A stretch of DNA of 58,690 nt, taken from Labilibaculum sp. (GTDB lineage Bacteria; Bacteroidota; Bacteroidia; Bacteroidales; Marinifilaceae). The stretch covers positions 1 to 58,690 of the forward strand of contig JAQBBZ010000051.1 in the NCBI GenBank assembly GCA_032125735.1, written 5' to 3'. The notes under the pieces are model-generated. The model saw only the letters and a program-made list of their open reading frames with translations, did not search any database and was not told where the DNA came from. This document shows, one piece after another, positions 31,757 through 39,745 of this stretch; within the stretch, counting starts at the first letter, position 1; the number at the start of each line of letters is the position of its first letter. The translations under genes were made by a program, and so were the position numbers.

Positions 31757-33271
31757 ATGACTAAAAGAAAAAATTTAATATACAGCAGTTTAGTTGTTGC
31801 AGGTCTTTTGATCATCCTGAATATCATTTCTTCGGTTTTTTTCTTTCGAGCCGATTTTACTGAAGATAAGAGATATACCTTAGATCGCGCAACCAAACGT
31901 ATTCTAAGAGAGGTAGATATACCTATTATAATAACATTGTATGTCTCTGAGAATTTACCTCCTGATGTTAATAGAACTGTACAAGATCTAAAAAACCTTC
32001 TAACGGAATACAATAACTACAGCAAGAAAAAAATTGATTTTGAATTTGTCAATCCAAATGCAAATGAGGAATTGGAGCAAGAGGCTATTGATGCTGGAAT
32101 CCATCCAGTGCCGCTGGAAGTTCGGGAGAAAGATCAGATCAAAGTGCAAAGGGTTTTTCTGGGGATGTCTATTCAGGTCGGAGATAAATCTGAAATTATT
32201 CCATTAATTAAACCTGGAATAGTGATGGAGTATACTTTGTCGACCTTAATTAAAAGATTGACCATTAAGAATAAAGCTAAGATTGGATATATCGTTGGAC
32301 ATGGTGAACCTGGGCTAGAAAATTTAGATCAAGCGATGACGGAATTGTCTATCCTTTACGATGTTAAACCAATACATTTATTATCAGAGCCTAATCTTTC
32401 CGATTACAAATCTTTACTTCTAATTGGACCCATGGCTACCATTTCGTCTACACAATTGGGGCGGTTGGATAAGTACTTGGCTGACGGAGGTAATCTATTT
32501 GTGGCTATTGAACGTGTGAATGGCATGTTGAATGATGGAATTGGAATTTCTGTAAATACAGGTCTGGAAACATGGTTACAATCCAAAGGGGTATACGTAG
32601 ACGATTCTTTTATTGTTGATAAGAAATGTGGTACTGTAACTGTTCAGCAGCAGGGATATTTTTCGTATCCACAGCAAATTAATTTCCCTTTTCTACCTGT
32701 TGTATCAAAATTCGCGAACCATACCATTACAGACGGTATTGAAACTGTTGTATTTCAATTTGCCAGTCCAATAAGTTTTATGGGCGATAGTACCTTAAAT
32801 TATCAGCCACTTGCTTTTACGTCTGACATTTCGGGTAAATTAAAAGCACCTATTAGTTTTAATATTGGACGGGCTTGGCGAGCACAGGATTTTCTTTATC
32901 CTGATTTAACGGTTGCGGCAACTATTAGCGGAAATATGGGAGGAGAGAAAGATGCTCGGATTTGTATTGTAGGTGATGGAAATTTTATTGTAAATGGGCA
33001 AGGTTCTAATAAGATCGCTATACAGAAGGATAATATAAATTTTTTCGCAAATGCCGTGGATTGGCTTAGCGATGATACAGGATTGATGTCGCTGAGAACA
33101 AAAGGTGTTTTATCTCGTCCTTTAAATGAAATTACTGAAGGGAGGGTGTTTTTCTTGAAATACCTTAATTTTTTACTTCCATTAGTTTTGGTGATTGCTT
33201 ATGGTTTATTTCGATTTGAACGCAGAAGAAGCAATCGAACTAAAAGAATGAAACCTGGTTTTATTAAGTAG
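31757..33271 (+). CDS. gldG: GldG-like ABC accessory protein
   Basis: DFTEDKRYTL, GHGE, NAVDWL..D.GL..LR; N- and C-terminal TM helices. Confidence 0.75.
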   Translation: MTKRKNLIYSSLVVAGLLIILNIISSVFFFRADFTEDKRYTLDRATKRILREVDIPIIITLYVSENLPPDVNRTVQDLKNLLTEYNNYSKKKIDFEFVNPNANEELEQEAIDAGIHPVPLEVREKDQIKVQRVFLGMSIQVGDKSEIIPLIKPGIVMEYTLSTLIKRLTIKNKAKIGYIVGHGEPGLENLDQAMTELSILYDVKPIHLLSEPNLSDYKSLLLIGPMATISSTQLGRLDKYLADGGNLFVAIERVNGMLNDGIGISVNTGLETWLQSKGVYVDDSFIVDKKCGTVTVQQQGYFSYPQQINFPFLPVVSKFANHTITDGIETVVFQFASPISFMGDSTLNYQPLAFTSDISGKLKAPISFNIGRAWRAQDFLYPDLTVAATISGNMGGEKDARICIVGDGNFIVNGQGSNKIAIQKDNINFFANAVDWLSDDTGLMSLRTKGVLSRPLNEITEGRVFFLKYLNFLLPLVLVIAYGLFRFERRRSNRTKRMKPGFIK

Positions 33272-33289
33272 GAATTGTGGGAGAGAGGT

Positions 33290-33386
33290 TTTATCCCGGC
33301 TTCTGGTAATTCCGGGAAAGAATGTACCAGAAGCTAATTAGCATATCAATAAATCGGGATAAACAAATCAGGTCAAGCCTGATTTT
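33290..33386 (+). other. Nested stem-loop structure plus terminator after gldG
   Basis: TTTATCCCG/CGGGATAAA encloses GCTTCTGGTA/TACCAGAAGC, then AAATCAGG/CCTGATTT with a T-tail. Confidence 0.5.
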
Positions 33387-33590
33387 ATTTATTAGGAGCA
33401 ATTTAATAATATATTTCATTCTGATCAAAATTATTTTAATTGCGGAATGGTGTTTATTGTGTCTAATAAGTCTTTTGTCAATAAAATCAGAGCGTATAGC
33501 ATTTTAACTTTGTGCTATTTAGATAGTTTAAAGATAATATAGCGATCGTTCTGTTAACAAAAAGCATGGAGTTGTTAATAAAGAAACACA

Positions 33591-33619
33591 AAAAAAACGA
33601 AGCGGTAACTTCGTTTTTT
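33591..33619. terminator. Terminator after mltD
   Basis: AAAAAACGAAG-CGGTAA-CTTCGTTTTTT. Confidence 0.75.
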
Positions 33620-33642
33620 ATATGTTATGATGTAATTCTGTT

Positions 33643-35340
33643 TTAACTTTTTGGTTTTATTCTCAGTTTTTGACCAACCTTTAGATTATTCGCATTTTTA
33701 ATGTTGTTGATCTCCATGATGTCGGAGTTTGAAATTCCTGGGAATTTTTTAGCAATAGTCCATAAATTATCTCCGCCCTTAACTGTGTAATATACGTAAG
33801 ATCCGTTAGTAAGTTGTGGAGCTGGTTTCTCGCTTGCCTGAGTCGATGCAACTGTTTTTCCTAGAGTTGCTTGTTTTTGACTGTAACTCATTGTATTAAA
33901 ATCATTATAGTAGGATTCTTTTCCTTCAGGAACATATATAACTAGTTTTTGACCAACCTTAATCAAGTTTCTTCTTACGTTATTCCAGTAGCTAAGATCT
34001 GATGTTCTAACGTGAAACCAAGAAGATATAAGACCCATGGCATCACCCGATTTTACTTTGTAGTAAACCTTAGCTTTGTCCTTAGGAGTAACATGAGCAA
34101 ATTTATGGTAACGATCATTAGGATTTACCACCTTGTCTTTCATGCTAAAGTAAAACTCCTTTTTATAGGCAAAAATAGAATCTTGATTGTCAATGAATTT
34201 AGTACTGTACTGCAGTGGTAATTTTAATGCATAACCATTTTTAGATACAGGTATAATGTCTGCTCTGTATTGTGGGTTCAATTCTCTTAATTGTTCCTTT
34301 GAAATATTGATTACATTTGCAATCTGATCAAAGTGAAGTTGTTCACTAATTAGCAGTGTGTCGCATGCAACAGGTAAATTTGATGGTTGTGCGAATATTG
34401 CATGCTCTTTGTGATAATTAAAAGTATAAATAGCTGCTATAAATGCAGGCACATATCCTCTTGTCTCTTTTGGTAGATGGAAATAAATGTCCCAGTAGTT
34501 TTTCTTGCCACCACTTCGTCTAATTGCTTTATTTACATTACCTGGCCCGCAGTTGTAAGCCGCAATTACCAAATGCCAATTGCCGTAAACTTTGTACATG
34601 TCCTTCAAGTACTTCACCGCAGCATAACTAGCTTTAACAGGATCTCTTCGCTCATCAACAAAGGTGTTGATGTCGAGTTTGTACATTCTGCCGGTTCCAT
34701 ACATAAATTGCCATAAACCACTTGCTCCTGCTCTCGAAAGTGCTTGCGGGTTTAGGGCCGATTCAATAATTGGTAAATATTTTAATTCCTGAGGCAGACC
34801 TTCTTTATCCAGAATTTCTTCGAAAATAGGGAAATAGTATTCCGATAACCCCAACATCTTTTCTACCTGAGATCTTCTTCTTTGCGAATACAATTCAATG
34901 TAGTTTCGTACGATTTTATTGTACGATAAATCGATTAAAGAAGGAATTTGTGCTAATCGGTTTATGTAAATAGAATCTGGGATTTGTTCTGTCGGAATTT
35001 GAATAGAGTCCTGGTTGAATGTTCTTGTTTTAAAAGTGTTCTCTGCGTACCATCTATAAACCATACTGTCTAAGTAGTTAGAGAAAGTACCGTTGATGCT
35101 GTCGTTTATATCCCATCGAACATCAACCGGATTCATTTCAAAAAAAGGCAAGGTATCTTTTTCAACTTCATTAAGTGTCATTTCATCTTCCGTTAGTACT
35201 GTATCAATTGTAGAAAGACTTACTTGTTCTGTTTCTGATTCCTTATTTGAAAGTTGTTCTGAACTTGGATGCTTGATTGTACTACAAGCCAATGTTGTCC
35301 CTAAAAAAATAAGGGGTAAAATATATGTGTTTCTTTTCAT
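33643..35340 (-). CDS. mltD: Lytic transglycosylase with LysM domains (MltD-like lipoprotein)
   Basis: Lipobox LAC, IESALNP, GLWQFM, AAYNCG and ETRGYV motifs; two LysM repeats. Confidence 0.88.
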   Translation of the reverse strand: MKRNTYILPLIFLGTTLACSTIKHPSSEQLSNKESETEQVSLSTIDTVLTEDEMTLNEVEKDTLPFFEMNPVDVRWDINDSINGTFSNYLDSMVYRWYAENTFKTRTFNQDSIQIPTEQIPDSIYINRLAQIPSLIDLSYNKIVRNYIELYSQRRRSQVEKMLGLSEYYFPIFEEILDKEGLPQELKYLPIIESALNPQALSRAGASGLWQFMYGTGRMYKLDINTFVDERRDPVKASYAAVKYLKDMYKVYGNWHLVIAAYNCGPGNVNKAIRRSGGKKNYWDIYFHLPKETRGYVPAFIAAIYTFNYHKEHAIFAQPSNLPVACDTLLISEQLHFDQIANVINISKEQLRELNPQYRADIIPVSKNGYALKLPLQYSTKFIDNQDSIFAYKKEFYFSMKDKVVNPNDRYHKFAHVTPKDKAKVYYKVKSGDAMGLISSWFHVRTSDLSYWNNVRRNLIKVGQKLVIYVPEGKESYYNDFNTMSYSQKQATLGKTVASTQASEKPAPQLTNGSYVYYTVKGGDNLWTIAKKFPGISNSDIMEINNIKNANNLKVGQKLRIKPKS

Positions 35341-35350
35341 ACGTGTTTGT

Positions 35351-36010
35351 TTAAAAAGTAATTTGGCATCTAAAGCCTAGAGAGTTGCCTGAAAAAGCAG
35401 AGTAGGTGACCGCTGGTTCTACTCTAATAGTCAAGTCATCGTTCACATTAAAATTGGTAAAATGTGCATCCACCGTAGCGTCAATGATATTTAATACGTA
35501 AACTCCGGCCAAAATGATATAGGTAAGATCACGATCGTGCTTGTATGAGTCTTTTCCATTCTTAAAAAAGGTCTTGTAATTATTATCTTGACTCACAGTT
35601 GTCTTCTCAAAATCTACATTCTTAAATATATTTTCAAAACTTTTTGAAGTTGGCTCTTCAATTGGATTTGTAGGGTTTTTTCCTTGATATTTAAAATCGT
35701 AATACGCAGAAAAGTCCTTATATCCAGATTTGTATTTTTTATAATTTTGAGTGTTCCAATTAATTGCGTAAATATTCAAACCAATCCCAATATATAAAAT
35801 AGGAATCTTCCAATACTTTTTGTTGTAAGCCTGACCTAAACCAGGAAATATTACAGAGTACATGGTTGCTTTATGTGGAGAGCGAACCTTAACATACGAT
35901 TCAACAGATACTGTATCAGCTTCTAATCGCTGAGAGAGTGCGTTTTTACTTCCTCCAAGCAAAATAAGAGAGATCAGCCCAAGGAAAATAATCAGGCGCA
36001 AATTATTCAA
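35351..36010 (-). CDS. DUF5683-like membrane protein
   Basis: P.KA..YS...PGLGQAYNKKYWKIP and NIIDATVDAH motifs; sits next to parB. Confidence 0.8.
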   Translation of the reverse strand: MNNLRLIIFLGLISLILLGGSKNALSQRLEADTVSVESYVKVRSPHKATMYSVIFPGLGQAYNKKYWKIPILYIGIGLNIYAINWNTQNYKKYKSGYKDFSAYYDFKYQGKNPTNPIEEPTSKSFENIFKNVDFEKTTVSQDNNYKTFFKNGKDSYKHDRDLTYIILAGVYVLNIIDATVDAHFTNFNVNDDLTIRVEPAVTYSAFSGNSLGFRCQITF

Positions 36011-36039
36011 TGTTTATTTTTTTTAAAGTTTCAACTAAC

Positions 36040-36918
36040 TTATGATTTCATTTGATCCAAAACAGCGAGAATACGTTCTAAATCATCATCAGATTTAAAT
36101 GGAATAATGATTTTTCCTTTGCCGTTTTTTGTGCGTTTAAGATCAACTTTTGCACTAAAATGATTGGCTAAGTGATCTTTCAAAGATTCATACTCTTTAG
36201 GAAGCGATTCCGCTTTCTCGGGAGCAGGTTTTTCTTCAGTTTTACTATTGAAAGTACGAACCAACTCTTCAACTTTTCGAACTGAAAAATCATTTTCAAC
36301 GGTTATTTGAAAAATTTCAAGTTGAGTTCTTGGATCATCAACATTGACCAATGCCCGCGCATGGCCCATAAGTAGTTTTTTCTCGCGAATTCCTTTTTGG
36401 ATTTCAGCAGGTAGTCTAAGTAGTCGTAAATAGTTGGAGATGGTAGAGCGCTTTTTACCAACACGATCTGATAAACTTTCCTGTGTTAGCTTGCACTCGT
36501 CAATTAATCTTTGGTAACTAATGGCAATTTCAATGGAATCAAGATCCTCACGTTGGATATTTTCAACCAAAGCAAGTTCCAGCATTTTATCATCTTCAGC
36601 CAATCGAACGTAAGCAGGAATTCTGGTTAGTCCTGCAATTTTCGCTGCACGATAACGTCTTTCTCCGGCAATAAGCTGGTAGGAGTTATTATGAATTTTC
36701 CGAACCGTGATCGGCTGAACAATTCCTAATTCTTTAATAGATTGGGCCAATTCATTTAAAGCTTCCACATCAAATTTGGTTCTTGGCTGATAGGGATTTG
36801 CTTCAATTTTGGAGATATCGATTTCGTTACTTAAATCTCTTTCAGGTCTTGCCTGAACATCATCGATATCATTAATTAGTGCTCCTAATCCTCTTCCTAA
36901 TGCGCTTTTTTTTGCCAT
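36040..36918 (-). CDS. parB: Chromosome partition protein ParB
   Basis: LGRGLGAL, NPYQPR, GERRYRA, ENIQREDL and an HTH. Confidence 0.96.
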   Translation of the reverse strand: MAKKSALGRGLGALINDIDDVQARPERDLSNEIDISKIEANPYQPRTKFDVEALNELAQSIKELGIVQPITVRKIHNNSYQLIAGERRYRAAKIAGLTRIPAYVRLAEDDKMLELALVENIQREDLDSIEIAISYQRLIDECKLTQESLSDRVGKKRSTISNYLRLLRLPAEIQKGIREKKLLMGHARALVNVDDPRTQLEIFQITVENDFSVRKVEELVRTFNSKTEEKPAPEKAESLPKEYESLKDHLANHFSAKVDLKRTKNGKGKIIIPFKSDDDLERILAVLDQMKS

Positions 36919-36933
36919 CTTACTGTATCAATA

Positions 36934-37749
36934 TTATTCGCTAATGAGTTTTGTTGTGCTGCTTTCTTTTACGCCTGATTTCGTCATCTTGTTATTTTTC
37001 AATAACTCACGAGCCATATTTAAGTAATTAACTGCTCCAGCCGATTCTGCATCGTAAAGAATTGCGGGTTTTCCGAAACTTGGAGCTTCACCTAACTTGG
37101 TGTTACGTTGAATAATCGTTTCGAAAACCATATCCTGAAAGTGCTTTTTAACTTCACTAACCACCTGGTTTGATAATCGTAAACGGCTATCGTACATTGT
37201 CAAAAGAAATCCTTCAATTTCTAATTCAGTATTTAAACGATTCTGAATGATTTTAATTGTATTCAGAAGTTTACCTAAACCTTCTAATGCAAAATATTCA
37301 CACTGAACAGGAATGATGATTGAATTCGCAGCTGTTAGCGCATTCACGGTAATTAGACCTAGTGAAGGCGAACAGTCAATTAAAATAAAATCATAATCAG
37401 GACTTAATTTCTCAAGAACCTTCGATAAGATTTGCTCTCTATTTGCAAGATTCAACATTTCAATTTCAGCACCTACCAAGTCAATATGCGAAGGAAGAAT
37501 ATCAAATCCCTTAATCTCGCTATTAAGAATGGCTTCTTTGGGTTCGATTCCATCGATAATACATTCGTAAATGCTTTTTTCGATGTTTCGAACATCAAAA
37601 CCAATGCCTGAGGTAGAATTTGCTTGTGGATCCGCATCTACAATCAAAACCTTATACTCCAAAACAGCAAGACTTGAAGCAAGATTTATTGCTGTTGTTG
37701 TTTTCCCAACCCCTCCTTTTTGGTTTGCAATCGCGATTATTTTAGCCAT
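36934..37749 (-). CDS. parA: Chromosome partition ATPase ParA/Soj
   Basis: NQKGGVGKTT, DADPQAN, DCSPSLG and QCEYFALEG motifs. ATG at 37749; TATCTTTG box at 37797-37804. Confidence 0.96.
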   Translation of the reverse strand: MAKIIAIANQKGGVGKTTTAINLASSLAVLEYKVLIVDADPQANSTSGIGFDVRNIEKSIYECIIDGIEPKEAILNSEIKGFDILPSHIDLVGAEIEMLNLANREQILSKVLEKLSPDYDFILIDCSPSLGLITVNALTAANSIIIPVQCEYFALEGLGKLLNTIKIIQNRLNTELEIEGFLLTMYDSRLRLSNQVVSEVKKHFQDMVFETIIQRNTKLGEAPSFGKPAILYDAESAGAVNYLNMARELLKNNKMTKSGVKESSTTKLISE

Positions 37750-37863
37750 AAACAATTCTAATTACATTGTTTTATATTATAAATATGATCTTGTTTCAAA
37801 GATACTATTTTAAAACACATTTAAAATTTTGATATCATCTAAAAATAGTAACAAAGGCAAGTG

Positions 37864-37892
37864 ACTTATCAACATATTTATTGTTGATAAGT
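37864..37892. promoter_or_regulatory. Inverted DnaA-box-like pair upstream of parA
   Basis: Perfect 11-bp inverted repeat ACTTATCAACA-N7-TGTTGATAAGT. TTATCAACA is one mismatch from TTATCCACA. Confidence 0.55.
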
Positions 37893-37964
37893 TAATATCT
37901 CATGAAAGCAAAACTCCTTACGGATGAGCATTTTTCATAATAGGAAGATAGCTTGGTTATTTTT

Positions 37965-38966
37965 TTAAAGCTTGTCGATTATCCTAATACTCTCAGCCAA
38001 AAGTTGATCTTTGTTTATTGGAACAACTACGGGGATTTCGCAAACAATTCCTCCTGCCAAGTTCGATATTGCTGCAATTTCTCTTGCACTCATACCAGCT
38101 GCTAAACACAAGGTAGCTACGCTAATAACAGTATCTCCAGCTCCCGAAACATCAGCAATTTGCCTTACTACGGCAGGAATGTGTTCATATGTTTTTTCAT
38201 TACTGATAAAAACACCCAACTCAGATAATGTGATGAATAGTTTTTTAATGCCCATTTCATTTTGAAACTTTTTAGCTTCATCAAATAATCCTTGAATATC
38301 TCCTTTCTCAAGAAGAAGATTGGAACCTTCTACGAATTCTTTGAAATTTGGTTTGAAAAGGCTTACATTTTTATAATCGTTGTAATGACGCTTTTTAGGA
38401 TCGACAGCTACAGGAATTGCTTTTTTATTAGCAAGATCGGTAATTTCCTCAATCAGATTTTTTGTGATCACACCTTTGTCGTAATCTTCAAAAATTATCG
38501 CATGAATCTCATGTTTATCGACTAAACTTTTAATGTGATCAATGAATTCAATCTCTATTTCATCAGCCAATTCATGAGTATCTTCTTCATCAACCCGAAT
38601 AAGGTGTTGATTGTTGCTAATGAAGCGGGTTTTTACCGTTGTTTTGCGTTTGTTGCTAACAACTATTCCATATTGTTCTTCTTGTATCTCTGTTAAAAGA
38701 TTTAGAAATTCCTTTCCTTTTTCATCGTCCCCAATCACCGAACATAGAATAGGATTTGCCCCTAACGATTTGATATTTAGAGCCACATTTGCCGCTCCGC
38801 CTAATCTGCTTTCGCGCCTAACGCAAGAAACAATTGGTACCGGAGCTTCTGGTGATATTCGATCTACTTTACCCCAAACATAAGCGTCGACCATAACGTC
38901 GCCAATAATTAACACATTAAATTTGGAGAAGGACTTGAAGATTTGTTCTAATTCAATTTTATTCAC
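37965..38966 (-). CDS. PfkB-family kinase, heptose-7-phosphate kinase (RfaE domain I / HldA-like)
   Basis: RISPEAPVP, GGAANVA, DYDKG, VDPK, PNFKE and DVSGAGDTV motifs; no adenylyltransferase domain. Confidence 0.88.
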   Translation of the reverse strand: MNKIELEQIFKSFSKFNVLIIGDVMVDAYVWGKVDRISPEAPVPIVSCVRRESRLGGAANVALNIKSLGANPILCSVIGDDEKGKEFLNLLTEIQEEQYGIVVSNKRKTTVKTRFISNNQHLIRVDEEDTHELADEIEIEFIDHIKSLVDKHEIHAIIFEDYDKGVITKNLIEEITDLANKKAIPVAVDPKKRHYNDYKNVSLFKPNFKEFVEGSNLLLEKGDIQGLFDEAKKFQNEMGIKKLFITLSELGVFISNEKTYEHIPAVVRQIADVSGAGDTVISVATLCLAAGMSAREIAAISNLAGGIVCEIPVVVPINKDQLLAESIRIIDKL

Positions 38967-39260
38967 TATTTCCTGGTTTTTGAATTATGCTAGCAAAGAT
39001 AAACAAATTCGCGTGTTAGCGAATTTTAAGTACATCCCTTATGCATTTTTAACACTTATATAAAACTTTTAAGCCTTGGGAAACTCGTGTTTTCGTTGAT
39101 GTGCTTGTGCAGATTGTTTGAGAAGCCAGATGTTCTTATCATCTGGGAAATTGGGCTGATAATGGTTTGAAGCACTTGGTTTATGATGCACTTCGTGATG
39201 GCTTTGTAGTAAAAGCCTCTGTGTTTTTTATCGAATTAACTTATTTTTTTTTAAAAACCT

Positions 39261-39652
39261 TAAGAAGCTGTTTAAATTTGTTTTTTTTAATTTTTAGCGA
39301 AGAGAAAAGATTAGTAATGCATTAGATTTGATGCGTGTAGTGGTTCTGCTTAAAGATACTTTAACGCAGTAATGCTGCTTTTAGCTTGAGGAAAAGGATA
39401 AATTTAAAAACAGTTTCCTGGCTTAGTGGCGTTTTTGGTGATATCAGTAAAGCTTTGTTGAATTCATTAAAACCTTTGGTAAAAAGACGAAAGATTTACT
39501 GAATTTATCAAAGCTTTCGTAAAATAATGAAAGCTTTTAATAAAATTACCAAAGCTTTCGTAAAACCAGTTAAGCCTTTGATAAAAAGGTCAAAGCTTTA
39601 CTGAAATAAGCAAAGTCTTAGTGAAATCATTAAATTTTTAAACAGTTTCTAA
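39261..39652. mobile_element. MITE-like non-autonomous element with terminal inverted repeats and TAA target duplication
   Basis: TAA-GAAGCTGTTTAAA (39261-39276) ... TTTAAACAGTTTC-TAA (39637-39652): 12/13 IR match with TAA on both flanks. A third degenerate IR copy is at about 39400-39418. No transposase. Confidence 0.6.
39449..39639. repeat. Array of about ten 20/21-nt units, consensus AAAGCTTT-N2-TRAA-N6
   Basis: Units start at 39449, 39470, 39490, 39510, 39530, 39551, 39572, 39592, 39612 and (degenerate) 39632. Confidence 0.85.
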
Positions 39653-39745
39653 TTCTTTACGCTTTTTGCTTACTGTATTTAGTAAAAAGTTTATGAGGAG
39701 TAAATAACTTAGCGATTGATGTTTTCTGGATTGTACAAAGCGTTT

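Noticed and set aside
30091-33271. gldAFG as evidence of a novel motility system
   Set aside because: This is a common ABC module that also occurs in non-gliding bacteria, and no other gld/spr genes are in the window.
33322-33507. 61 aa ORF, and an SRP RNA interpretation of the adjacent hairpin
   Set aside because: The ORF has no coding features, and the SRP domain IV motif is not convincingly present.
34003-34019. parS-like TGTTCTAACGTGAAACC inside mltD
   Set aside because: Only the right half resembles TGTTTCACGTGAAACA and the spacing is wrong.
16111-39155. Shared TATCATCTGGGAAA(C/T)TGG between the ybaK leader (minus strand) and about 39138
   Set aside because: A single 17/18 match that does not extend; compatible with chance.
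39449-39639. CRISPR or TIGR array interpretation of the 20/21-nt repeat
   Set aside because: The conserved core is 8 nt and the variable parts are 2-7 nt, far below CRISPR dimensions and unlike the 36-nt TIGR unit. No cas or Nop-domain gene is nearby.
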